DNA of 64,000 nt from Bacilli bacterium (GCA_050953065.1 JBMNLZ010000001.1:128001-192000), one strand, 5' to 3'; positions 52,440 to 62,012 are shown, counted from the first letter of the stretch. Notes: generated by a model from the sequence alone, not told the origin. Translations and numbers: made by a program.

Positions 52440-52847
52440 TTATCTAAAATGTTTTTTAAACTCCTTTTCTTTTAGATTAACTTGTTGAGCATTTAACTTA
52501 TTCTCAAGTTGAGTCTTCACTTCTTCTGTTAGCTGTGAACCTTTTATTAATTGAAGTATTTTCTCGCTTTCTTGCTTAGTAAACTTATTACTTTCAAGAT
52601 AACATCCTTTACCTTTAACTATTTTTATTTGATAACCTGCAACTTTTAATATTTCAAGATGTCTGCCAATAGTCTTTCTATCACACCAAATATCAAGATT
52701 TAGTTTTCTCCCAATACTGTTCACCATTTTAACTAACTCTATTTGTTTAATTGGCTTAGATTCATCGCTCATTTGTTCAAGTGCTTTTAATACGAGTAAT
52801 AAAACAATTTTTTTATTTCCATGTTTATTATTATTTTTTAATTCCAT
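52440..52847 (-). CDS. wHTH protein resembling the N-terminal half of WYL-family regulators, with no WYL domain
   Basis: L..LEQMSDESKPI...DRKTIGRHLEIL...G.YL...F...E pattern; 135 aa from the ATG at 52847 with GAGGA RBS. Confidence 0.65.
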   Translation of the reverse strand: MELKNNNKHGNKKIVLLLVLKALEQMSDESKPIKQIELVKMVNSIGRKLNLDIWCDRKTIGRHLEILKVAGYQIKIVKGKGCYLESNKFTKQESEKILQLIKGSQLTEEVKTQLENKLNAQQVNLKEKEFKKHFR

Positions 52848-52958
52848 AGTTATTCCTCTTAATCTTATTTTAACATAATATATGTCCCAAAAAACGCCCA
52901 CATAGAAATTTTATCATTTTTTACTTCTTTTTACTACTCTTTTTATAAACCAATAATG

Positions 52959-52986
52959 AAAAAGTTAAGAATCTTATCTTAACTTT
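52959..52986 (-). terminator. Terminator after dapB
   Basis: AAAGTTAAGA/TCTTAACTTT inverted repeat. Confidence 0.6.
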
Positions 52987-52996
52987 AATCAAAAAA

Positions 52997-53719
52997 TTAT
53001 TTTATAGAGAGAACATCTCTCATATGATATAATCCTAATTCTTTTCCTTCCAAAAACTTAGCCGCGGCTAAAGCGCCGTTTATAAAGATCATTTTTGAAT
53101 GAGCTTCATGTTTAATTTCTATTACTTCATCTAATCCAGCATATATAACACTATGCTCTCCAGTAATAGTCCCCCCTCTAATAGAGTGAACTCCAATTTC
53201 TTTTCCTCTTTTAGATTCCCCTTTTCTTCCATATATAGGCTCATATTTTAAGTGAGAATTAATAGTATTAAGTAACATATTAGCTGTCCCACTTGGAGAA
53301 TCTACTTTTTTATTATGATGTTTTTCGATTATTTCTACATCAAAAGACTCTTTTACAATCGGAGTAATAATATCTGCTAACTTATTTAAAATAGCAACAC
53401 CTAAAGAAAAATTATAGGCTTGTAATACAGCGGTCTTAGTACCTAAAAATGCTATTCTTGTTAAATCTTCTTCTGTATAGCCTGTTGTACCAAAGATTAC
53501 TTTAACTTTTTCTTTTCTCACATATTCAAAAATTTCACCAAGCATAATTGGGCTAGAGAAATCAATAATCATATCTGGTTTTTCTGGTAAGTCATCAAAA
53601 GAATGAAAGCACCCTTCTTCAATGGCAACTACACCTATTAAAGTTAAAGATGGTCGCCTTTTAATTTCTTCAACTAATAATTTTCCCATTGTACCATAAC
53701 CAACTACAACTATTTTCAT
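52997..53719 (-). CDS. dapB: 4-hydroxy-tetrahydrodipicolinate reductase
   Basis: G.GTMG, IDFS, GTTG, EKHHNKKVDSPSGTA and RGG...GEH motifs. Confidence 0.96.
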   Translation of the reverse strand: MKIVVVGYGTMGKLLVEEIKRRPSLTLIGVVAIEEGCFHSFDDLPEKPDMIIDFSSPIMLGEIFEYVRKEKVKVIFGTTGYTEEDLTRIAFLGTKTAVLQAYNFSLGVAILNKLADIITPIVKESFDVEIIEKHHNKKVDSPSGTANMLLNTINSHLKYEPIYGRKGESKRGKEIGVHSIRGGTITGEHSVIYAGLDEVIEIKHEAHSKMIFINGALAAAKFLEGKELGLYHMRDVLSIK

Positions 53720-54597
53720 TTTTTACCTCCTAATATTGATAAAGACTTAATAAGAGTTTCTTTATTTTTTTTGTCCATATAAGTAAGTGGCAATCTATAT
53801 CCACCAACATTAAACCCTAAATAATTCATTGCTTCCTTAATAGGAATAGGATTTGTTTCTATGAATAAAGTGTTTATTAAATCTAGATACTTTAATTGAA
53901 TACTTAAGGCTTCCTTTGTTTTACCATTTAAATAATTCATAACCAATTCATGCATTTCATTAGGTAAAATATTAGCAGCTACACTGATAACACCTACTCC
54001 ACCCATAGATAAAACAGGAACAATCATATCATCATTTCCTGATAATAAACAAAAGTCATCATTAACATACTTAGCAATTTTTGCAATATAGCTGATGTTA
54101 CCGCTCGCTTCTTTAATCCCGACAATGTTTTTATGCTTAGATAACTCGCCAACAACATCAACATCTATATTGCAACCTGTCCTACCAGGAACATTATATA
54201 GAATAACTGGAATATTAACGTTGTCTGCAACTATAAGAAAATGATCTAACATTCCTTGCCTATTAGTTTTATTGTAATATGGTGAAATAACAAGTAATCC
54301 ATCTACACCTAACTTTTCAAATTTTTGACTTTGAACTTTAGCAACTTCTGAATTATTTGATCCACTTCCTGCAATTACCGGAATTCGCTTATTAACATGT
54401 TTAACAACAAATTCAACTATTTTTTCATCTTCTTCATGAGTTAAAGTTGCTGATTCCCCTGTTGTTCCTAATATTACTAATCCATCAGTCTTTTTTTCAA
54501 TGTGATACTCAATCAATCTCTCAAATTCATCAAAATTAATACTACCATCTTCATACATTGGTGTGACTAAAGCCACATAAGAACCTCTAATTTTCAT
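53716..54597 (-). CDS. dapA: 4-hydroxy-tetrahydrodipicolinate synthase
   Basis: GTTGES, PYYNK, YNVPGRT, GIKEASG and ETNPIPIK motifs. Confidence 0.97.
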   Translation of the reverse strand: MKIRGSYVALVTPMYEDGSINFDEFERLIEYHIEKKTDGLVILGTTGESATLTHEEDEKIVEFVVKHVNKRIPVIAGSGSNNSEVAKVQSQKFEKLGVDGLLVISPYYNKTNRQGMLDHFLIVADNVNIPVILYNVPGRTGCNIDVDVVGELSKHKNIVGIKEASGNISYIAKIAKYVNDDFCLLSGNDDMIVPVLSMGGVGVISVAANILPNEMHELVMNYLNGKTKEALSIQLKYLDLINTLFIETNPIPIKEAMNYLGFNVGGYRLPLTYMDKKNKETLIKSLSILGGKK

Positions 54598-54624
54598 TTT
54601 TTCCTCCAAAATAATCTATTAACT

Positions 54625-54651
54625 AAAAATAAAAGAACGCCAAAGGCGCTC
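54625..54651 (-). terminator. Expression-platform terminator of the riboswitch
   Basis: Minus strand GAGCGCC-TTT-GGCGTTC followed by TTTTATTTTT, just upstream of dapA. Confidence 0.75.
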
Positions 54652-54674
54652 ATTAATGCAATATAATTGACAGT

Positions 54675-54833
54675 AATAGCGCCACTACCCTATATGGGTA
54701 ATGAGTGTTATAGGTTTTTCCTATAACCCCACATATAGATTTCTCAAGTCTACACGTTCGGCGATGATTACCTTTCACATACTTCATCGAATGACTTCTC
54801 CATATATTACTATGATGCATCGCTACCTCTATT
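54675..54833 (-). ncRNA. Lysine riboswitch (L-box)
   Basis: Minus strand AATAGAGGTAGCG...GATGAAG...GAAAGG...CGCCGAA...GGGGTTATAGG-AAAAA-CCTATAAC...GCGCTATT, upstream of dapAB. Confidence 0.9.
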
Positions 54834-54884
54834 ATATTTAGTTTTTTTTATTATAACACGTAAAAATAAGTTTGTAAAGCATAA

Positions 54885-55973
54885 TTAAGCAATAATTATT
54901 TTTTTAAAGGTATTAAAACCTATTTCTAAAACATCCATATCAAAATCAAAATCATTTTTATGAAGATTGGTTTTGTCACCTATCCCTAAAAACATATACA
55001 AAGATTTTATCTTTTTTCCATAGAAAGAGAAGTCTTCAGATTGCATAGCCGGTTTTGTAAGCTCATACAAATCGATTATCTTTTTTGTTTTTGAAAATAA
55101 TTCATAATCGTTTTTAAGAGCTGGATATGCGGCTTGTAAACATATATCTATATGGCATTTAAACTCAGATTCAACAGATTTTTTGATTTCATCAATATTT
55201 TCCATTATTTTTTTAAAATCATTTTCGTCATAAGTCCTTAGGCTTCCCTTAATTAAAGTCATATCACTAATTGCATTTAGAACTTTACCACTTTGAAAAA
55301 CACCAAATTTTAAAATTTTATTCTCTTTAGTTTCACATTTTTCAATCATTTCATATAATCTATTGATCAAAACACAGCCTATATGTAAAGCGTCTATTCC
55401 TAAAAAATGATTAGCTATATGAATACTTTTACCAAAAATTTCTATATCTATTTCATTTGCTTGAGACATCATGTAGTTTGGTCTTGAAAAAATTTTTCCC
55501 TTTTCAAGATTTGGCCATAGATGAAGCCCATAAATTTCTACTACATTTAATTTAGATAATATGCCAGAATTAATAATTCCTTGAGATCCACCAATCGTTT
55601 CTTCAGCAGGTTGAAAAATTAACAAAATATTTTTTTTAATATTTTTAGAGTTATCATTAATATATTTGGCTAATACTAATAGAATTGCCATATGACCATC
55701 ATGGCCACAAGCATGCATACATCCATTAGTAGATGCGAATGGCAAATTTGTTTTTTCAAAAATTTTTAAAGCATCCATATCTGCTCTAAAAGCAATAGTT
55801 TCTCTATAACCTAAATCAAAGTATCCTAAAACAGAGGTTTCATAAACTTCATATATTTGACATTGATATTTTTTCAAAATATTTTTAATGTAATTGCTAG
55901 TTTTAAACTCCTTTAAAGCCAATTCAGGAATTTGATGTAAATCTATTCGATATTTTTTTAACAAATCTAACAT
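54885..55973 (-). CDS. M20D amidohydrolase (N-acetyl-diaminopimelate deacetylase-like)
   Basis: LHQIPEL, FRADMDAL, MHACGHDGH, FQPAEE and SEDFSFY motifs; adjacent to dapAB. Confidence 0.88.
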   Translation of the reverse strand: MLDLLKKYRIDLHQIPELALKEFKTSNYIKNILKKYQCQIYEVYETSVLGYFDLGYRETIAFRADMDALKIFEKTNLPFASTNGCMHACGHDGHMAILLVLAKYINDNSKNIKKNILLIFQPAEETIGGSQGIINSGILSKLNVVEIYGLHLWPNLEKGKIFSRPNYMMSQANEIDIEIFGKSIHIANHFLGIDALHIGCVLINRLYEMIEKCETKENKILKFGVFQSGKVLNAISDMTLIKGSLRTYDENDFKKIMENIDEIKKSVESEFKCHIDICLQAAYPALKNDYELFSKTKKIIDLYELTKPAMQSEDFSFYGKKIKSLYMFLGIGDKTNLHKNDFDFDMDVLEIGFNTFKKIIIA

Positions 55974-55982
55974 TTATTTGCT

Positions 55983-57119
55983 CTATTCTTTATTATCAAA
56001 ATTATATACAAAGCATCTTCTTCTTCTATGTTGACGAACATCAAACAACTTCCATTGAGCTTTCATAGGTTCATTCAATTCTAATTCAGGACCAGTTTCT
56101 GCTCTAATTACGCCATTTTTAAGAGCGGTATTAATAGCTTCATTTAATATTATCGCATTTACTCCTCTATTTTGATATTCAGGTCTTACTCCAATCAAAT
56201 AACAATCCAAAATTTTTTCATGCTTTAAAGCTCTTAAAATCTTTATAAATCCAAAAGGAAATAATCTCCCTTTACAAGATTGAAGAGCACGAGATAAAGA
56301 TGGCAATAATAAACCAAAACCTATCATTTCATTATTTTTATTTCTAACATCATAAAAATAATCTAAATTAACTAAAGGATAAAATTGCTTTGTATACTTT
56401 TTAATTTGATTATCTGTTAAGGGAACTACTCCATATAAATGCGCATATGATTCTTGAATAATATCAAAAAAATCTGGTATTATTTTCTTTAATTGTCTAC
56501 GTTTTGTATGTTTATGAAACTTAAAGCCATATTTTTCTTTAATTCCTTTGGTTAGTTTTTGAAGTCTTTCATTTGGTTCGCTAGGCGGAAATACTTGAAA
56601 CTCTATCCAATCAGCGTCTTTAACAAAGCCCAGTTTAGTCAAATGTTCAAAATAATATGGCGCATTATAAATTGTAACAAACATATCCAACTCTTCAAAC
56701 CCTTCAATTAACATCCCTTGCTTATCAAAATCACAAAATCCAATAGGTCCTATTATTGAATCAAGTCCAAGTTCTTTTGCCCAATTCTCTAATGCTTTAA
56801 ATAAAGCTTTGCTAACTTCAAAGTTATCGATAGTATCAAATCTAGAAAATCTTAACTGTTTTTTCTTAGTTTTTTCAATATGAGCTTTATTATATATACC
56901 AGCTATTCTTCCGACCACTTCTCCATTTATAAAAGCTAAATATAATTTAGTTTCACAATATTCATAAGCTGGGTTTTTCTTTGGAATAAACATACTTATT
57001 TCATCGCTGATTAAATCCGGAACAAAAAACTCATTTTCTTCATAAAGTTTATTGCAAAAACTAACAAAAGTTTTCAAATCTTTTTTGTTAACTACTTCTT
57101 TTAAAATAACTTCACTCAT
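55983..57119 (-). CDS. Tandem-GNAT (YghO-like) acyltransferase; candidate bacterial ceramide synthase
   Basis: NPAYEY, VVGRIA, GPIG, GMLIEGF, YNAPYY, GRLFPFG, IGVRPEYQNRG and ELELN motifs; in an operon with Spt. Confidence 0.75.
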   Translation of the reverse strand: MSEVILKEVVNKKDLKTFVSFCNKLYEENEFFVPDLISDEISMFIPKKNPAYEYCETKLYLAFINGEVVGRIAGIYNKAHIEKTKKKQLRFSRFDTIDNFEVSKALFKALENWAKELGLDSIIGPIGFCDFDKQGMLIEGFEELDMFVTIYNAPYYFEHLTKLGFVKDADWIEFQVFPPSEPNERLQKLTKGIKEKYGFKFHKHTKRRQLKKIIPDFFDIIQESYAHLYGVVPLTDNQIKKYTKQFYPLVNLDYFYDVRNKNNEMIGFGLLLPSLSRALQSCKGRLFPFGFIKILRALKHEKILDCYLIGVRPEYQNRGVNAIILNEAINTALKNGVIRAETGPELELNEPMKAQWKLFDVRQHRRRRCFVYNFDNKE

Positions 57120-57128
57120 AAAAACCTC

Positions 57129-57917
57129 TTATTTCGCATACATTTTATAAAGAACATATAAAACAAATCTGTTAGGTAAAAATTTCTTTAGAAAAACAAA
57201 TAGCTTATAACTAAAACCTACCGATTTTACTACTGGTGGATTTTTTTTCTTTATAATTTTATATATTACTTTAGATACTACAACAGGGCTCCCCCCATTT
57301 ATCTCATCTTTTTCCATTTTTTTAATAGACCTTTTAAATCTTTCGTAATACACAGAATCTTCTTCTTCTGATTTTGATCTATTTTCAGTAAAACTAGTTT
57401 TTGTATCTCCTGGCATAACACAAGTTACTTTAACTCCAAAAGGCTTAACTTCTAATGCTAGCCCTTCTGAAAAAGATAAAACTGCAGCTTTACTTAAAGA
57501 ATACATAGTTTGAAAAGGAATAGTAAGAACACCAGCAATACTTCCTATATTAATTATTTTTCCCTTTGTTTCTCTTAAATAAGGCAAACATGCTTGTGAC
57601 ATCCTAATCATAGATACTATATTTAAATCAATTGTTTTTTTTATATCTTCACAAGGTGTATTCTCAATAGATCCACTGACACCTATTCCAGCATTATTGA
57701 TTAGCACATCGATTCTTTTCTCATTAGAAACAATCACTGAAATAGCATTTAAAATCTCACTCTCATTAGTAATATCACACTGTAAATACTTTATGTTAGA
57801 TAATTTTCCAGTTCTTCTAGCAAGGCAATAAATATTATAATCTTTTTTTGCTAAATATTCTGCGGTTACTTGCCCTATTCCCGAAGTAGCACCTGTTATA
57901 ACTACTACTTTTTTCAT
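57129..57917 (-). CDS. Short-chain dehydrogenase/reductase; candidate 3-keto-sphingolipid reductase
   Basis: TGATSGIG, NNAG, catalytic S and YSLSK, PGDTKT; lies between spt and the GNAT gene. Confidence 0.85.
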   Translation of the reverse strand: MKKVVVITGATSGIGQVTAEYLAKKDYNIYCLARRTGKLSNIKYLQCDITNESEILNAISVIVSNEKRIDVLINNAGIGVSGSIENTPCEDIKKTIDLNIVSMIRMSQACLPYLRETKGKIINIGSIAGVLTIPFQTMYSLSKAAVLSFSEGLALEVKPFGVKVTCVMPGDTKTSFTENRSKSEEEDSVYYERFKRSIKKMEKDEINGGSPVVVSKVIYKIIKKKNPPVVKSVGFSYKLFVFLKKFLPNRFVLYVLYKMYAK

Positions 57918-57925
57918 ACTTATAC

Positions 57926-59107
57926 CTAAATAACCTCTAAAATTTCAAGTACTTCTTTTATTTTAGAAATTGCAAAATCCATCTGTTCCTTCGTATGAGT
58001 AGCTGTATAACTTGTTCTTAATAAACTCATTCCAACAGGTGTTGCAGGTGAAATTACTGGATTTACATAAACACCACGTTCCATTAATAATTTACAAGCT
58101 TGAAAAGTTTTAACATCATCATATGTATAAATAGGTATTATTGGTGTTTCGCTTTCAATAATGTTTATTCCAGCTTTTTTAAGGCCTTGCCTCATATAAT
58201 TACTAATTGATCTTAAATTTTCAATTCTTTCAGGTTCAGATTCAAGAATCTTCAATGCTTCTAATGCACTCGCAGCGCAGCCAGGAGTTATTGATGCACT
58301 AAAAATAAACGGTCTAGATGTATGTTTAACATATTCTATCACTTGTTTTTTAGCAGCCATATAACCACCTAAGCTAGCTAATGATTTTGAAAAAGTTCCC
58401 ATATAAATATCTACATCATCTTCAAGACCGAAATGTTCAGCTGTTCCTCGACCATGTTTACCTAAAACACCCAAACCATGAGCATCATCGACCATTACTC
58501 TAGCACCATATTCTTTAGCTAATCTCACAATTTCAGGCAAATTGCATATATCGCCCCCCATGCTGAAAACGCCATCAGTAACTATTAAAATTCCTTTATT
58601 TTGATCGATTGATTTTAAAATTTTTTCTAAATCTTCCATATCATTATGTTCATAACGTAATAATTTAGCATAGCTCAATCTACAAGCATCATATATGCTT
58701 GCATGATTTTCTTTATCACCAACTATAATATCATCACGACCACAAATTGCACTGATTATTCCCAAATTACTTTGAAAACCAGTACTAAAAGTTATAACTG
58801 CTTCTTTATTAAGAAATTTAGCTAAAGCCTTTTCTAATTTTACATGTAAATCTAGAGTTCCATTTAAAAATCTTGAACCAGAACATCCACTTCCATATTT
58901 TTCAATTGCTTCTATAGCAGCTTTCTTAACTCTTTTATCAGAAGTAAGTCCTAGATAGTTATTGGAACCAATCATAACTGTCTTCTTACCTTCAATAAAA
59001 ACCTCAGTATCTTGACCAGTTTCTAATTCATGAAAATAAGGATAAATTCCAGCAGCTTTAGTAGTTTCTACTTTTTCTAATTTTTCTGTTTTTTTAAATA
59101 AATCCAT
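57926..59107 (-). CDS. spt: PLP-dependent alpha-oxoamine synthase, serine palmitoyltransferase-like
   Basis: GIYPYF, QDTEV, MIGSNNYLGLT, GSRFLNGTLDLH, DDAHG, GTFSKS and RPFIFSAS motifs, which resemble Bacteroidota Spt more than BioF/Kbl. Confidence 0.75.
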   Translation of the reverse strand: MDLFKKTEKLEKVETTKAAGIYPYFHELETGQDTEVFIEGKKTVMIGSNNYLGLTSDKRVKKAAIEAIEKYGSGCSGSRFLNGTLDLHVKLEKALAKFLNKEAVITFSTGFQSNLGIISAICGRDDIIVGDKENHASIYDACRLSYAKLLRYEHNDMEDLEKILKSIDQNKGILIVTDGVFSMGGDICNLPEIVRLAKEYGARVMVDDAHGLGVLGKHGRGTAEHFGLEDDVDIYMGTFSKSLASLGGYMAAKKQVIEYVKHTSRPFIFSASITPGCAASALEALKILESEPERIENLRSISNYMRQGLKKAGINIIESETPIIPIYTYDDVKTFQACKLLMERGVYVNPVISPATPVGMSLLRTSYTATHTKEQMDFAISKIKEVLEILEVI

Positions 59108-59133
59108 TTTTTTCTCCTCGCATATTTTAGATT

Positions 59134-59865
59134 TTAAAAACCTATTATATTTCTTAATATGTAATATATAATTACTAGTAATAAAGATGGTAGCATATCA
59201 GCAATTCTAATTTTTTTATAACTCTCAATGTGTTCAAATAAAAAATTAATACCTATACACATGACAATGGTGTACCCTACCAAACAAAAAGCATTTAAAA
59301 AGTCCGTTTGAGTTAAAAAATCTTTTGCAAAAAAAGCAATTAATGTTAATACTCCCTGATAAATAAATACTGATATAGCCGCAAAAAGCACACCAAATCC
59401 TAAAGTTGCAGCCATTAACATCGCTGCTACACCATCAATTGCTGATTTTAAAAATAAGACATTATAATCACCCACTGAAGCTTGTACACTGCCAAAAATA
59501 GCCATAGCGCCAACGCACATTACTAAACTTGCTGTCACAAAGCCTTCTGAAAACGAGCCCTTATTTAGTTTAAGTTCTATGTAGTCGCCAAATCTTTTAA
59601 TATTTCCATCAATATTAAGAAAAGTTCCAAATAAAGTTCCTAAACTTAAACTTATTAGCAATAATAATTCAAATTGAGTTTTCAAAAGTCCATCTTCAAT
59701 AAAAAGCATTGACTTTAAAACACCTGCTAGTCCAATTATTAATACTACTATTCCTATAGTTTTAAGTAAACTATCACATATTTCTTTTTTTAGTTTTGAT
59801 TTTAATATTAAACCAATTAAACCACCTAGCAGAATAGCAAGTGCATTTACTACAGTAGCAATCAT
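59134..59865 (-). CDS. DUF554 family membrane protein
   Basis: TVVNALAI..GG, FSEGFVTASL..CVGAMAI.GS, LKSAIDG and YQG motifs. Confidence 0.88.
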   Translation of the reverse strand: MIATVVNALAILLGGLIGLILKSKLKKEICDSLLKTIGIVVLIIGLAGVLKSMLFIEDGLLKTQFELLLLISLSLGTLFGTFLNIDGNIKRFGDYIELKLNKGSFSEGFVTASLVMCVGAMAIFGSVQASVGDYNVLFLKSAIDGVAAMLMAATLGFGVLFAAISVFIYQGVLTLIAFFAKDFLTQTDFLNAFCLVGYTIVMCIGINFLFEHIESYKKIRIADMLPSLLLVIIYYILRNIIGF

Positions 59866-59952
59866 TTTATTACCTCATAACTTATTGTATTATACCACAT
59901 CTAAAAAATAAATAAAAGCAAAAACAATTCAATTACATTTAAAAAATAGTGC

Positions 59953-60255
59953 CTAAGCACTATTTTTTAATTGATCTATATATTCTTGTGCCTTCTTTTT
60001 TTGGTCACTAGATAAAGGTTTGCATTTGGATAAATCTCCATTATTAATAATTATATCTTCAGCCAAACCTTTACATCCTGCAAATCCACAACTTCCACAA
60101 TTATATCCTGGAAGCAAATTAACCAGTTCTTCTACTCTATTATCATCTTCAACATAAAAATACTTATTAAAGATAGCAATTAAAACTCCAAAAAAACTAC
60201 CTATGCCAGCTAAAATTAACGCTGGTAATATATAAACACTAAATATACTAATCAT
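59953..60255 (-). CDS. rnfB: Rnf complex subunit B, short form (TM + FeS domain only)
   Basis: FYVEDDNRVE..LLPGYNCGSCGFAGC; last gene of the rnfCDGEA cluster. Confidence 0.88.
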   Translation of the reverse strand: MISIFSVYILPALILAGIGSFFGVLIAIFNKYFYVEDDNRVEELVNLLPGYNCGSCGFAGCKGLAEDIIINNGDLSKCKPLSSDQKKKAQEYIDQLKNSA

Positions 60256-60830
60256 TATATTATCCCCGCAAATCTAACAAATATCATAGCCATAATACCG
60301 GCAGTAATTAAAGAAATAGGTACGCCTTTAAAACCTTCGGGAACTGGTGCAGCAGTAATTCTTTGTCTTACTGCTGAGAAAAGGAATAAAATTAATAGAA
60401 AACCAACTGATGTAGAAAAAGAATATACAAAAGCTTTCAATAACGTATATTCTTCAGAAGCAACAATTGTAGCTACCCCTAAAACAACACAGTTCGTAGT
60501 TATTAATGGTAAGTATATACCTAAAGAATTATAAAGAGATGGCGAAATTTTTTTAATAAAAATTTCCATAATTTGAACTAATCCAGCTATTACTAATATA
60601 AATACTATTGTCTTCATATAAACCATTTCGAAAGGAACTAGTATGAATGTATATAAAAGCCAAGCGACAACAGCTGAAATAGTAACCACAACAACAACCG
60701 CCAAACCCATTCCAACAGCAGATTTTTTACTGTTTGAAACCCCTAAAAATGGACATATTCCTAAAAAACTATATAGAATAACATTCTCAATTAATATAGC
60801 AGTTACTGCTAAAACAATTAATTCTTTCAT
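60255..60830 (-). CDS. rnfA: Rnf complex subunit A
   Basis: FLGICPFLG and LGIYLPLITTNCVVLG motifs. Confidence 0.95.
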   Translation of the reverse strand: MKELIVLAVTAILIENVILYSFLGICPFLGVSNSKKSAVGMGLAVVVVVTISAVVAWLLYTFILVPFEMVYMKTIVFILVIAGLVQIMEIFIKKISPSLYNSLGIYLPLITTNCVVLGVATIVASEEYTLLKAFVYSFSTSVGFLLILFLFSAVRQRITAAPVPEGFKGVPISLITAGIMAMIFVRFAGII

Positions 60831-61465
60831 ATTTGCTCACCCATTTTTTTCTTTCTATTGATTCTAATAGTAGTGATTGTCCCAAGTAATAAACCAAAAA
60901 CAATAAATGCCCCGCTTGGTTTTAAAAACAAATCAGAGAAAATCGGTAATACACCTTCTTTAATAAAAATCTTATTAATATCAATTACAAGATTTCCCCA
61001 AATAGTAATTGTTCCATTTCCAATAATCTCTCTTATCATTGATAAAATCATCAAGGCTAAAGTATAACCTAATCCCATTCCTAATCCATCCAAAAATGAA
61101 TTAAAAACAGAATTTTTTGAAGCATAACCTTCAGCTCTACCTAAAATGATACAGTTAACAACTATTAGTGGAATAAAAATTCCTAAACTTGCATGTAATT
61201 CAAACAAATATGCACACATTAGTACATCTACAATTGTTACTAATGTTGCAACTATAACTATATACATAGGAATTCTAATTTCATTAGGAATAATTTTTTT
61301 AAGTGCAGAGATTATAACATTAGAAAAAACAAGTACAAACGTTAACGCCAACCCCATACCAAGAGCATTTTCAATGCTAGTAGACAACGCTAAAACTGAA
61401 CACATGCCAAGTAAGCCAACAAAAACAGGATTCTCTACCCAAAGACCTTTAGTAAATTCTTTCAT
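60827..61465 (-). CDS. rnfE: Rnf complex subunit E
   Basis: ENPVFV.LLGMC, IRIP and LGIFIPLIVVNCIILGRAE motifs. Confidence 0.95.
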   Translation of the reverse strand: MKEFTKGLWVENPVFVGLLGMCSVLALSTSIENALGMGLALTFVLVFSNVIISALKKIIPNEIRIPMYIVIVATLVTIVDVLMCAYLFELHASLGIFIPLIVVNCIILGRAEGYASKNSVFNSFLDGLGMGLGYTLALMILSMIREIIGNGTITIWGNLVIDINKIFIKEGVLPIFSDLFLKPSGAFIVFGLLLGTITTIRINRKKKMGEQI

Positions 61466-62010
61466 TCAGCACCTCCTAGTATTTCTTTATATTGCACATA
61501 ATGAGTTGCAACAATATTGACTGCTTTTTTTATCGCTGTTGAGCTTATTGTAGCACCAGTTAAATTTACAAAAGCAAAACTATCAATTGATGCATCCACC
61601 AAATTATAATCACTATTAGAAACTTTCTCTAATTGTTCTTTAGCTTCTACTATTCTAAATTGACTAATCTTATCTGTTTCATAATCGATTGTCATTAAAA
61701 TTGATATTAATCCGTTTTGATAACCTTTTGTACTAATATAATATACAATAGCTTTTGTTGAAGCTCCATCAGAATATCGATAAACATGCTTAAATTGTGA
61801 TTTTTCAGGAACATCATCTAAAATATTTTCGCATTCTAAATCTTTAAATTGAGGTAATTCTTCATCTAAAACATTCATCATTTTATTAAACAAATTTTGC
61901 TCAATAGGTTTGGCTGTTAATTCATTAAAAAATGCCAATAAAAGTCCTGATATTAAACCTAACACTAACAAAGACAAAGAATAATGAAGCCATTGAGGTA
62001 TTTTTTTCAT
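61462..62010 (-). CDS. rnfG: Rnf complex subunit G
   Basis: N-terminal TM helix; KGY motif; FMN-binding TGATISS. Confidence 0.9.
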   Translation of the reverse strand: MKKIPQWLHYSLSLLVLGLISGLLLAFFNELTAKPIEQNLFNKMMNVLDEELPQFKDLECENILDDVPEKSQFKHVYRYSDGASTKAIVYYISTKGYQNGLISILMTIDYETDKISQFRIVEAKEQLEKVSNSDYNLVDASIDSFAFVNLTGATISSTAIKKAVNIVATHYVQYKEILGGAE

Positions 62011-62012
62011 TA

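Noticed and set aside
57926-59107. BioF (AONS) or Kbl assignment
   Set aside because: No bioABD or tdh nearby; motifs and operon context favour Spt, although phylogeny is needed to exclude these
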